Origin: Spirochaetales bacterium
GTDB lineage: Bacteria; Spirochaetota; Spirochaetia; SZUA-6
Direction: 5' to 3'
Assembly (NCBI GenBank): GCA_027021365.1
Contig: JALUUM010000040.1
Span: forward strand, 23,928-87,927
Length of the DNA: 64,000 nucleotides
This document shows, one piece after another, positions 29,693 to 39,048 of the stretch (within the stretch, counting starts at the first letter, position 1; the number at the start of each line of letters is the position of its first letter). Below the pieces are notes generated by a model. It searched no databases. It saw only the letters and a program-made list of their open reading frames with translations, and was not told the DNA's origin. Position numbers and translations under genes: made by a program.

Positions 29693-31252
29693 ATGTTGAT
29701 CCTTCTGGGCATGAAAAAGGAGAACATAGATTTCCTCTTAAAGAAATACTCATCAATCGGGGACAAGATCAAGATCCGCACAGGCAATAAGTTAAGCAGT
29801 GCCGAAAAGAACATAAATGTACTCAGACAATGTGATCCTCTCTTTAAAAAGCTCGAACCTTCTCTTAAAAAGGGAAATGTCGAAAATCTCGTCATCATCC
29901 TTTCAGCCGAGGATGAAAAACTCTCCAATGAATCGGGAAATTGCCTTTACCTTCCGGAAAATATAGATGACAAGCTTCTATGCGGAATCACAACCTGGTT
30001 GATACGGTACAGGAAAAAGAACCTTTGTTTCGAACTTTTCAAATCCTTCTTCCAGGGGGGTGATATTCAGATTCTCCTTACAGACAAAGATGGAAAAATT
30101 CTCTCATGCATTCCTGTCAAAACGAACTTCTTGGGCTACACTTCCAAGGACCTCAAGAACAAGTATTTCAAGGAGGTCTTCGGGATTTCCGTGGAAGATA
30201 TACCCTTTACGGAGAGTAATGAGGATCACATAAGGTATCTCACCAATGCATCAAACAAGGAAACCTCTTGCAATGTTTCCAGAATGCCTATTTCATCTAT
30301 GAAAATTCCAGGCCTTCCCGCCAGAACGGAGTGGATTCTTCTTCTGACCGAGATAAGTGAGATCAAAAAACTTGAAGACAAGAGTTCACGTCTCAATGTT
30401 ATTCAAGACAACATACTTAGAGAGAGGACCATAGAGTTAGAATCTGCCAACGAGATACTTCAGAAACAGGCTTTGGAACTGAAACATGCAATGGAAGAAC
30501 TGGAAAAGAAAAATCGTCAGATAGTTGAAGAACTTTCCCTTGCAAGTGAGTTACAGAAGAGCCTCCTGCCTAAGGAATTCCCCAGTGACCTGCCGTTAAA
30601 TTTTGCACACAAATATATTCCCTATGCTTACATTGGCGGTGATTTTTTCGATGTAAAAAGACTCGATAAAAGCCGGGTTGGTATAGTAATAGCAGATGTT
30701 TCAGGCCATGGAGTTTCATCCGCTTTCATTACTACAATGTTCAAGAGTCAATTCGACAACATAGCAGCCGATTCGAAGACACCGGCTGAGACCTTGTCCA
30801 GACTGAACAAAGAATTTTCAAATTCAATACATACCGAGCATTATATCACTGCTTTCTACTCTGTAATCGATACCGAAACGATGAAGATGTACTATTCGAA
30901 TGCCGGACACCCGAACCAGCTTCTGTTCAGAGAGAACAGCGAGGTGCTGGAACTCTCTACCATGGGTTTCTTTCTCGGGATGTTCGAGGGAACGGAATAT
31001 GAAGACAAGGAGATAGACCTTTTACCCGGTGACAGAATTCTATACAATACGGATGGTATTCTGGAAACAGCCAATGAAGAGGGAAAACAATTTGGCAAGG
31101 AAGGTGTGATAAGAATTTTCCGGGAAAACCTTGATAAGGATATAGATGATCTTTCAAACATGATTCTTTCGGAGCTTGTGATGTTCATGGCAGAAACCAC
31201 ATTCCAGGATGACATCACTATTCTTATTACAGAAGTGATAGAAAACCTGTAG
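29693..31252 (+). CDS. PP2C/SpoIIE (RsbU-like) phosphatase with PAS-like and coiled-coil regions
   Basis: ASELQKSLLP, IGGDFFD, IADVSGHGV, NAGHP, TDGI.E, QDDIT. Confidence 0.93.
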   Translation: MLILLGMKKENIDFLLKKYSSIGDKIKIRTGNKLSSAEKNINVLRQCDPLFKKLEPSLKKGNVENLVIILSAEDEKLSNESGNCLYLPENIDDKLLCGITTWLIRYRKKNLCFELFKSFFQGGDIQILLTDKDGKILSCIPVKTNFLGYTSKDLKNKYFKEVFGISVEDIPFTESNEDHIRYLTNASNKETSCNVSRMPISSMKIPGLPARTEWILLLTEISEIKKLEDKSSRLNVIQDNILRERTIELESANEILQKQALELKHAMEELEKKNRQIVEELSLASELQKSLLPKEFPSDLPLNFAHKYIPYAYIGGDFFDVKRLDKSRVGIVIADVSGHGVSSAFITTMFKSQFDNIAADSKTPAETLSRLNKEFSNSIHTEHYITAFYSVIDTETMKMYYSNAGHPNQLLFRENSEVLELSTMGFFLGMFEGTEYEDKEIDLLPGDRILYNTDGILETANEEGKQFGKEGVIRIFRENLDKDIDDLSNMILSELVMFMAETTFQDDITILITEVIENL

Positions 31253-31274
31253 GATAAACCTTTAGGAGTGAACC

Positions 31275-32147
31275 ATGGCTGACAAAGAACAGATAAAGAA
31301 GATAATACAGGCAGTACAGAGCCTTCCGACACTACCGACGGTTGCCGTGAAGGTTCAATCACTGATAAAATCACCAACAGCAGGTGCCGCTGAACTTGCC
31401 AAGGTCATAGAGTACGACCAGAGCATATCTGCAAAACTCCTCTCCCTGGTAAATTCAGCCTACTACGGACTCTCAAGAAAGATAAACAACATCAAAGAGG
31501 CAGTTGCTTACCTTGGCACGAACACAGTATCACAGCTTGTACTTGCCCTGGGGGTTATCAAAACATTCGAGGGCGAGGGTAACAGGGGCTTCAACAGGGC
31601 CCAGTTCTGGATTCATGACATAGCAGTTGCCACCCTTTCCAGAGAGATTGCCAAATCGGAAAAAAGGCATAAACATCCCGATGACATATTTACAGCCGGT
31701 CTGCTTCATGATATAGGGAAGGTCGCTCTGGATCATTACTGCACCGAGATTTTCAAACCGGTATTGGAAGCAGTGGAGAAAGAACAACTGCCATTCTACA
31801 AGATCGAGCAGAAGGTGATTGGACTTGACCATACCAGAGTGGGAGAATGGGTTGCAAGAAGCTGGGAACTCCCCCTGCTGACAATAGTTACTATAAGGCA
31901 TCACCATGAAAAACCATCTGCCAGGAAAGGTTTCAGCCTCTCTCAGGATAATGCGGTTGACATTGTCTCTATCGCCGACTGGATTGCAATCAAAAATAAG
32001 ATAGGCTTCAGCGGTTCGCCTGTGGTAGAGGATCCGGATGATGAGATATTCCAACGTGCAGGAATTACGAGGGAAAAATCCCAAGAGATAGTTCGCAGGG
32101 TGAAACCCGAAATCTTGAAGGCAGCTCAAAGCATGGGTATCGTCTGA
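31275..32147 (+). CDS. HDOD domain protein
   Basis: LPTLP, DQSISAKLL.LVNSAYYG, FWIHD, AGLLHDIGK, LDHT.VG...A.SW.LP, IRHHHE. Confidence 0.93.
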   Translation: MADKEQIKKIIQAVQSLPTLPTVAVKVQSLIKSPTAGAAELAKVIEYDQSISAKLLSLVNSAYYGLSRKINNIKEAVAYLGTNTVSQLVLALGVIKTFEGEGNRGFNRAQFWIHDIAVATLSREIAKSEKRHKHPDDIFTAGLLHDIGKVALDHYCTEIFKPVLEAVEKEQLPFYKIEQKVIGLDHTRVGEWVARSWELPLLTIVTIRHHHEKPSARKGFSLSQDNAVDIVSIADWIAIKNKIGFSGSPVVEDPDDEIFQRAGITREKSQEIVRRVKPEILKAAQSMGIV

Positions 32148-32150
32148 TTA

Positions 32151-33404
32151 TCATTCTGCCAACCTTATTCCTATATAGCCACACCTTTCAGGAGATTCAT
32201 CTATTCGAAAGCTGACCCTCAATGTCGAAGCAGAGGATATCCAGCTTCCTCCCCTTATCACCTTGTATTCACCGGTGGAAGGGCCCTTTGGATCCGTCTG
32301 TTCCTCGCCCCGATACGGAGCATACCAGTCTGCCGTCCACTCAAAGAGATTCCCGGCCATATCATAGAGGCCGTATCCGTTAGGTTCAAACTGGCCTACC
32401 GGTGTTGTACCTGAATATCGTTTTGCAAGATTGGCGATTTTTTCATTCATCTTGTCTCCGTTCGGGTATTTCTTCCCCACGAGGCCTCCGCGAGCAGCAT
32501 ATTCCCACTCCGCTTCTGTCGGAAGCCTTTTTCCAAGCCATGATGCAAACGCCTCTGCAGCAAACCAGGAGACATGTGATACAGGATAATCGTCCCTGCC
32601 TTCAGGATAATCATTTCCATCCCACTCATCGAGATACTTTCCGTCATGCAAATCCGGATCAATCTTATCTTTCTGCCATTCGGGGTTGTCAAGAATAAAT
32701 GCCCTGTATTGCCTGTTCGTTATCAGGTATGCACACATCTTGAATGAAGAAACATTAACCTTATGAACCGGTTTCTCCTCATCCCTTCCATCTTCAGAAC
32801 CCATCATAAAACTGCCACCCTTTATCTCCACCATTTTCGATTCTATTTCGGCTTTGATATCGGAAAGCAGATCTGTTACGGATGTTTCTTGCACTACTTC
32901 AATTTCAGGCCTATCCAATTCCTCGTGTTCCTCCTTAACTTCATCTCCCTTTGTTCCTGCCTCTTCCGTATCTGCCTCTTCTCCGCTCTCTGCTATCGGT
33001 GTTACCGGTGACTGAGACTGAGGGGATACCTGCTGCGCAGTTTGTGCTGCCTGAAGGTTTCCCGGAGTTGGTGTCGGGACAGGAGCTGCCGTTGCTCTAG
33101 GTAGTGGCCCAGCCGACGGAGGAGTAACCTGAGGGCCAATCCCCGGAGGCGGCGGCGGAACCGGACCGGAAGGAAAGTAGCGAAAGGGATTCCATCCCTG
33201 TGGCGCTTTTCCGGTAGATAGAATTTCAAACAAAATGTCTTTCAGACTTCTTCCATCGGGAAGATAAATCGAACCAAGATCCTTTACAAAGAGTGAGAGC
33301 TCAAGAGAGTCGGCACTCTCTATGTAATTTTTCAGCTCATTCAGTATCCTTACCTTACTCTGAAGAAGATAATTTCTCCACTCGAGCTGTTGTATATAAT
33401 CCAT
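32151..33404 (-). CDS. Formylglycine-generating enzyme (FGE/SUMF1)-fold protein with N-terminal helical domain and Pro-rich linker
   Basis: GGSFMMGS, PVSHVSWFAA, RLPTEAEWEYAARGG, NGYGLYDMAGN..EW, RGGSW. Confidence 0.9.
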   Translation of the reverse strand: MDYIQQLEWRNYLLQSKVRILNELKNYIESADSLELSLFVKDLGSIYLPDGRSLKDILFEILSTGKAPQGWNPFRYFPSGPVPPPPPGIGPQVTPPSAGPLPRATAAPVPTPTPGNLQAAQTAQQVSPQSQSPVTPIAESGEEADTEEAGTKGDEVKEEHEELDRPEIEVVQETSVTDLLSDIKAEIESKMVEIKGGSFMMGSEDGRDEEKPVHKVNVSSFKMCAYLITNRQYRAFILDNPEWQKDKIDPDLHDGKYLDEWDGNDYPEGRDDYPVSHVSWFAAEAFASWLGKRLPTEAEWEYAARGGLVGKKYPNGDKMNEKIANLAKRYSGTTPVGQFEPNGYGLYDMAGNLFEWTADWYAPYRGEEQTDPKGPSTGEYKVIRGGSWISSASTLRVSFRIDESPERCGYIGIRLAE

Positions 33405-33617
33405 ATCAAAAGATTAAGCCACATGCCACAGATGAGTCAAGAAAATTTAATCTATTACCGCACCTGGTATCCCCGTCACTGTCAGATCTAAAATGCTCAG
33501 AACATCTCATACTCAAACACCACCACACCACATACTCGACACAGAACCGCTTCCCTGCTATTCTAAAGCTCATACAACTCTTCCTGAGGGAAACAAATTT
33601 ACAACCGGAGAAAGGTG

Positions 33618-35057
33618 ATGAATTTTCATTGGAACCTCTTTGTAAATCTTGGCCTGATTTCGATAACACTAATGCTTGCGACATTGGTAAGGGCTAGAAT
33701 ACCCTTCTTCCAGAAGTTCCTCATACCCAATTCAATAACGGCTGGTTTCATGCTTTTACTTTTCTACAATTTCGGAGCTCCCTACCTTGGCATGGATACA
33801 CATGTTCTTGAAAACCTTATCTATCACCTTCTTGCCATCTCATTTATTGCGATGAGCCTAAGGAATCCGGCAGGAGGTAAATCCACTGGCAAGAGGATAT
33901 ATTCCGTAGCAATAATGATAATAACATCACTGACATTCCAGGCAATTATAGGACTCGGACTTACAGCTCTCCTCATAGTAACCTTCTTTCCCAAGCTCTT
34001 TCCCAGTTTCGGATTGTTCGTACCGCTCGGATACGAGCTTGGCCCTGGCCAGGCCTTTTCAATAGGAAAAGGTTGGGAATCCCTGGGAATAGCCGGAGCA
34101 GGTAACATCGGTCTCACCTTTGCAGCAATGGGTTATCTGTGGGCATGCTTTGGAGGTGTGTATCTTATAAATTACGGGATAAAAAAGGGATGGTTGGAAA
34201 AGAGACATCTTAAAAAACTGAAGAGCATAGATACACGTTCAGGTGTGATTGCAAGGAACGAGAAGAAACTGGAAGGTGCAAGGCTCGTAACGGAAACAGA
34301 GGCTATCGATTCGATGTCATTCCATGTCGGAATGGTTCTCTTTGTATATCTTCTTACATTTCTCTTTCTTAAACTTATAACCTATCTTCTATCATTTGCA
34401 GGCCCCTCCGGAAGAGAACTTGCCGTAAACCTATGGGGGCTCTCCTTCATCTTTGCAGCAATAATAGCGTTACTATTCAAAAAGATACTTACCACTTTTG
34501 GCCTCGGGCACCTCTTCGATTCGGGGAGCCTTACCAGAATAGTGGGAGTCTCAGTTGATATAATGGTTGCTGCAGCCATCGGTGCAATATCCCTTGTAAT
34601 CGTAATTCAATACTGGATTCCGATTCTCACAGTCGGTCTGGTGGCCGGAGTAATAACAACTATATATGTTCTCTGGCTCACCTCGAGAATATTCGACGAT
34701 CACCACTTTCAACGTGCAATAATCATCTACGGGGGCTCAACAGGAACCATGCCAACAGGCCTTGCACTCTTAAGGGTTATCGACCCGCAATTCGAGACTC
34801 CCGCTGCTACCGACTACATGTATGGCTCCGGCCTGTCCTTTATCTTTCTCATTCCCTTTATCCTGGCGATAAACCTCCCTGTTTACGGATACGTAAGGGG
34901 AAATCCCTTGTACTACTGGATGACAGCAGGAATTATCCTTGTCTATCTGATCTTCGTAACAATATCCATAAAGGTGGTCACAAAAAAAGGCTCTTTCGGG
35001 AATCTCATGAATCTCTGGTCTGCAAGTTACGATGAAGAGGAAGAAAAAAGCGCCTGA
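33618..35057 (+). CDS. Sodium/glutamate symporter (GltS)-family transporter
   Basis: FLIPNSITAG, GYELGPGQA, GLTFAAMG, GTMPTGLALLRVIDP; multiple TMs. Confidence 0.85.
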   Translation: MNFHWNLFVNLGLISITLMLATLVRARIPFFQKFLIPNSITAGFMLLLFYNFGAPYLGMDTHVLENLIYHLLAISFIAMSLRNPAGGKSTGKRIYSVAIMIITSLTFQAIIGLGLTALLIVTFFPKLFPSFGLFVPLGYELGPGQAFSIGKGWESLGIAGAGNIGLTFAAMGYLWACFGGVYLINYGIKKGWLEKRHLKKLKSIDTRSGVIARNEKKLEGARLVTETEAIDSMSFHVGMVLFVYLLTFLFLKLITYLLSFAGPSGRELAVNLWGLSFIFAAIIALLFKKILTTFGLGHLFDSGSLTRIVGVSVDIMVAAAIGAISLVIVIQYWIPILTVGLVAGVITTIYVLWLTSRIFDDHHFQRAIIIYGGSTGTMPTGLALLRVIDPQFETPAATDYMYGSGLSFIFLIPFILAINLPVYGYVRGNPLYYWMTAGIILVYLIFVTISIKVVTKKGSFGNLMNLWSASYDEEEEKSA

Positions 35058-35090
35058 ATCGTGCTGCAAGCCCCTGGGATATACAAAACC

Positions 35091-35834
35091 TCAGAGTTCA
35101 TACAATTTATAGGGAATAGGAATAATTATCTCACCTTTAAAAGACTTAGCCGCTTCACTACGCATTCTTTCCGGTGACGAAACAGGATCGTTGCCAAAAT
35201 GACACAGAAAGAGCCTTTTTACCCCTGCACACCTTGCATTGAGCCCGGCCTGATACCCTGAGCTGTGTTCATCTGCAGACAGCTTTCCTATTCTTTCATG
35301 AGGTCCGGAAGACTCATGTATCAAGTTATCCAGTCCTTTTGCATGTTCGCATATACTCTCTATGGAAGAGGTGTCTGCAGTGTAAAGGAAGCCTTTTCCT
35401 CCTTTCGTGATCCTCACCATGCTGGAGGGAACACTGTGCCTTCCGGGAAAGAGAGACAACTCCGGATTCTCAAAGCCATCACTGTACTCGATGTGAAAGC
35501 CTATCTTCTTAAAGTTGAGTCCGAAAAAATCGAGAAGCGACTTCACCTTTTCTGCCACATCACTCTTTGCCACTACTGTAAGTGACTTTTTTCTCTTCAG
35601 GCAGAAGAGTATATGAATGAGCGATGGAAAAGCGTATAGATGGTCGACATGGTAGTGTGTAATAACGACAACATCCAGCTCGTCAGGTTTAAAACCCGTC
35701 TTCAGAATTCCCTGTACCGGGTTGCCCGAGGTGTCTATCAGGACTAGTCTATCCTTTGTTTCTACGAGAAGTGATGTATTACCACTTTCAGGGGAGGGAA
35801 CAGCACCATACGTGCCAAGAAAAGCTATTTTCAT
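35091..35834 (-). CDS. RNase Z-like MBL-fold phosphodiesterase
   Basis: FLGT.GAVP, THYHVDH, HSVPS, YTADT, IHES, HSS, LCHF. Confidence 0.88.
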   Translation of the reverse strand: MKIAFLGTYGAVPSPESGNTSLLVETKDRLVLIDTSGNPVQGILKTGFKPDELDVVVITHYHVDHLYAFPSLIHILFCLKRKKSLTVVAKSDVAEKVKSLLDFFGLNFKKIGFHIEYSDGFENPELSLFPGRHSVPSSMVRITKGGKGFLYTADTSSIESICEHAKGLDNLIHESSGPHERIGKLSADEHSSGYQAGLNARCAGVKRLFLCHFGNDPVSSPERMRSEAAKSFKGEIIIPIPYKLYEL

Positions 35835-35850
35835 ATCTCATTCCTTTTAT

Positions 35851-36684
35851 TCATTTCAGACTCATCGAGAACCCTTCGGTCATCTTCCTGTACACATAAC
35901 CGGAGAAAAGGAGAACGGGAAGGGTAGCCATCAATCCTATTGCCATGAGTTCACCCCAGAGAGTCTCGTACTCTGTAATGAAATTGACAATTCTAAGGGG
36001 AAGCGTCAAGAGATCAGGATTTCGGATAAACAGAAGGGCAAAGAGAAACTCGTCCCATGCCACAATCACACTGAATATGGCGGTAGCAACAAGTCCGCCT
36101 CTGGTGAGTGGAAGTACTATGCTTGTCAACACTTTCAACTTCGATGCACCATCGATCTCTGCCGCCTGTTCATACTCTATTGGAACCGCTTTAAGGAATC
36201 CAAAGAGCATCCAGAGGCAGTATGGCAGAGTATATACCTGATAGACGATTACAAGACCAACCAGCTTGTTTATCAGATGCACACTGGTGAAAAGGGTATA
36301 CAGAGGGATAGCCAGGACTATGGGAGGCAGAATCTTTACGATGAGAACCCATATCAGAAAGATGTAGTTCAGCCTTAAGGGGAACTTGAACCTTACCAGG
36401 GCATAAGTAGCAAGAAATGAAAGCGTGAGAGACAGTGCCGTGGAAAAGGTTGAAACAAAGAGGCTGTTGTAGAGATTTCTGAAAAAACCCCCTTCCAGAA
36501 CATTCAGATAATTCTGCAGTGTAACCCTGTGGGGGTAAAAGGTCGGAACGGGGGAAATATTTTCCACCGGATACTTAAGAGATGTTATTGCGATCCAGTA
36601 GATGGGAAAGAGCACTAGAAATAGAATTACAATCAGGAGAACCCAGAATATTATGCCCTTCTTTTCCATTGCAGTACGGCTCAT
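35851..36684 (-). CDS. Carbohydrate ABC transporter permease (MalG-like)
   Basis: EQAAEIDGA EAA loop, WDEFLFAL, TLPL. Confidence 0.93.
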   Translation of the reverse strand: MSRTAMEKKGIIFWVLLIVILFLVLFPIYWIAITSLKYPVENISPVPTFYPHRVTLQNYLNVLEGGFFRNLYNSLFVSTFSTALSLTLSFLATYALVRFKFPLRLNYIFLIWVLIVKILPPIVLAIPLYTLFTSVHLINKLVGLVIVYQVYTLPYCLWMLFGFLKAVPIEYEQAAEIDGASKLKVLTSIVLPLTRGGLVATAIFSVIVAWDEFLFALLFIRNPDLLTLPLRIVNFITEYETLWGELMAIGLMATLPVLLFSGYVYRKMTEGFSMSLK

Positions 36685-37544
36685 ACACTCTCCTCACCTA
36701 TTATGTTTCTCAAGTAGAAGTATGAAATGAAGGCAATAACAATCAGAATATAGATAGAGGCCGTAGCAGCCCTTCCAAGGTTAAAGTATGTGAACCCCTC
36801 TCTGTAAACGTAATAGGTGAGAGTTTCAGTGGCATTGCCGGGGCCACCCTGGGTGAGAGCATAGACCTTACTGAATATTCTGAATGTATCAATCGTTCTA
36901 AGTAGAATAACCAGGAGAATCTGACCGGAGAGAATGGGAAATGTTATATGAATCAGTGTTTTAAAGTAGTTAGCACCGTCTATACTTGCAGCCTCGAAAA
37001 TCTCTCGCTGAATCGTGTTGAGTCCTGCATGAATAAGAATGAATGCAAAGGGAGTCCATTGCCAGATATCAACCAGGATGATGGAAAAAAGAGCTATTTT
37101 CGGATTTATAAGCCACCCGATGGGTTTCAAACCAATACTACGAAGCACATAATTCAAAAGTCCGATGTCGAAGTGATAGAGCGTCTTCCAGAGGGCACTG
37201 ATAACCATCGTGGAAAGCATCATCGGGAAAATAATCATTACCATGAAAACTCGCTTCCCGAAAAACTGCCCGTAGAAGAGAAGAGCAAGAAAGATCCCCA
37301 GTGAAACTTCTATAAAGGTAGCGACTACCGAAAAAACAATGGTATTCAAGAAGGCCGTATGGAAAAGATCGTCTCCCATTATACGTTTGAAATTCTTCAA
37401 GCCAATGAAGATCTTGGTATCAGAGAGGTAGTTGTACTTAAAAAAGGACATGTGAAATACATTCACTATCGGATATACGGTGAGAAATACTATAACAATG
37501 AGTGCCGGTGCAAATATCAGGTAGTAGAATATATTCTTCTTCAT
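36681..37544 (-). CDS. Carbohydrate ABC transporter permease (MalF-like)
   Basis: DIWQWTPF, EAASIDGA, LTQGGPG.ATETL. Confidence 0.93.
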   Translation of the reverse strand: MKKNIFYYLIFAPALIVIVFLTVYPIVNVFHMSFFKYNYLSDTKIFIGLKNFKRIMGDDLFHTAFLNTIVFSVVATFIEVSLGIFLALLFYGQFFGKRVFMVMIIFPMMLSTMVISALWKTLYHFDIGLLNYVLRSIGLKPIGWLINPKIALFSIILVDIWQWTPFAFILIHAGLNTIQREIFEAASIDGANYFKTLIHITFPILSGQILLVILLRTIDTFRIFSKVYALTQGGPGNATETLTYYVYREGFTYFNLGRAATASIYILIVIAFISYFYLRNIIGEESV

Positions 37545-37570
37545 ATGATTAATTACAAAGTATTTTAAAA

Positions 37571-37601
37571 GCGGCCATTCAATAATACATCGAATGGCCG
37601 C
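37571..37601 (-). terminator. Intercistronic stem-loop after the solute-binding protein gene
   Basis: GCGGCCATTC-11 nt-GAATGGCCGC, followed by TTTT on the minus strand. Confidence 0.7.
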
Positions 37602-37622
37602 CTGTTTTCAATTCAAAAGGAA

Positions 37623-38894
37623 CTATTCCAGTACCTCTTTCATCTTGGCATTGGCCTCTTTGAGTGCCTTTTCCGGATCCATAGAACCTATCAGAGCAAG
37701 CTGCAAATAGGTACCGAAGATGTTTTCCAGTTCACTCCACTTCGTAGTTCTCGGCCTTCCCACGGCATTCTTGAGAGCCTGATTCTGAACGGGATACCAC
37801 GGGTACTTGCTGACAAGTTTTGCTACCTTGTACACACTGTCGCGCGTCGGGGCAAGCCCTACCTCGTCAGCCATCTTTATCTGCATCTCCTTCCCCGTTA
37901 TGAACTGAAGGAAGTCGAATGCGGCATCGTGATGTTTCGAAGCCTTCGGAATTCCAAGTAGCCAGACACCGATCATTGGCGAAGATTTTTCAACCTCGCC
38001 CGGATGTGTTGTAACTTCAACCTTGTTCACCACACGTGACTCATTCGGATCATTGAGCTTTGGAACCCAGCTTGGCCATACCTCTGTCACTATACCGGCC
38101 TTTCCGCCGTAAAGTGCATCTTTTACCTGAGCTGAATTGTACATGGCCACGCCTTCCGGTGCATACTGTTTGAGCTTCAGGAAGAATTTCAGGGCATTGA
38201 GAGCCTGCTGAGAGTCCAGTGCTGGTTTCCCGTTGACGAGTACTTTGCCACCAAATGCCCAGTATATTGGAAGAAATCCTGCAACAATCGGATTCCCCTT
38301 TACACCTCTAAATACTACCCCATATACATCGGGGAAAGATTCCCTGATCTTTTTGGCTGCATCAAGTACGTCATCCCACTTTGCCGGTTTCGAAAGCCCC
38401 AGCTTCTGAAAGAGGTCTTTTCTGTATGCAAAGAGTTCCACATTGCCAACGTGAGGAAGCGCATAGAGTGTTCCGGAATCTGTGTAAGGGTACCTTCCCA
38501 GCTTCACAGCGGTAGAAATAAGGTCCGGGTCGAGGCTGAGGCCCTTTTTCTTGTAGAGCTCATCGAGGTTTGTGAGCCAGCCTGCCTTCTGAAACTGTGT
38601 TGCTATCGGATCGTCTATCATGATGACATCATAGGTCCCCACAGCATTTTTCATGTCTATCACAACTTTTTCATAGAGACTCGCACCGGGCAGCTTTAAA
38701 ACTTCGAAACTCACATCAGGGTGCTTTTTCATGTACTCATCAACTGCAATCTGCATTGCCTTGCCGTATCCACCGTCTCTCCCCGCAATCGTCAGTTTCA
38801 CCGGGCCCTTCTCGGCTTGTCCGGTTGCCCATATGATTGCCGGAAACAGTACCAAAAACATTGCAAGAATAATCATAGTGATTTTCTTCTTCAT
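37623..38894 (-). CDS. Sugar ABC transporter solute-binding protein
   Basis: Signal peptide, YDVIMID, LYALP, YRKDLF, W.DVLDAA; family 1 SBP. Confidence 0.92.
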   Translation of the reverse strand: MKKKITMIILAMFLVLFPAIIWATGQAEKGPVKLTIAGRDGGYGKAMQIAVDEYMKKHPDVSFEVLKLPGASLYEKVVIDMKNAVGTYDVIMIDDPIATQFQKAGWLTNLDELYKKKGLSLDPDLISTAVKLGRYPYTDSGTLYALPHVGNVELFAYRKDLFQKLGLSKPAKWDDVLDAAKKIRESFPDVYGVVFRGVKGNPIVAGFLPIYWAFGGKVLVNGKPALDSQQALNALKFFLKLKQYAPEGVAMYNSAQVKDALYGGKAGIVTEVWPSWVPKLNDPNESRVVNKVEVTTHPGEVEKSSPMIGVWLLGIPKASKHHDAAFDFLQFITGKEMQIKMADEVGLAPTRDSVYKVAKLVSKYPWYPVQNQALKNAVGRPRTTKWSELENIFGTYLQLALIGSMDPEKALKEANAKMKEVLE

Positions 38895-39010
38895 TCTTTC
38901 TCCTCCTTAAATCAGATTTTTTCTAATTGTAACATGAATGGTACGATTCCGTATCAAAATTCGACTGGTAGATTCATTTCCAAATTAGGTTATTAAGCAA
39001 ATTAAGGAAT

Positions 39011-39039
39011 TTGATTAGTTTTTGCTTAACAAGTATAAT
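39011..39039 (+). promoter_or_regulatory. sigma70 promoter of the regulator gene
   Basis: TTGATT 39011-39016, 17 bp, TATAAT 39034-39039. Confidence 0.65.
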
Positions 39040-39048
39040 TGAGCGAAA

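Noticed and set aside
32151-32280. FGE C-terminus as a diversity-generating retroelement variable region (as in Treponema TvpA)
   Set aside because: I found no template-repeat copy and no reverse transcriptase in the window; a remote DGR cannot be excluded.
33293-33697. ORFs 33406..33684 (-) and 33293..33697 (+)
   Set aside because: They overlap real genes and the divergent promoter region, have odd composition and no RBS.
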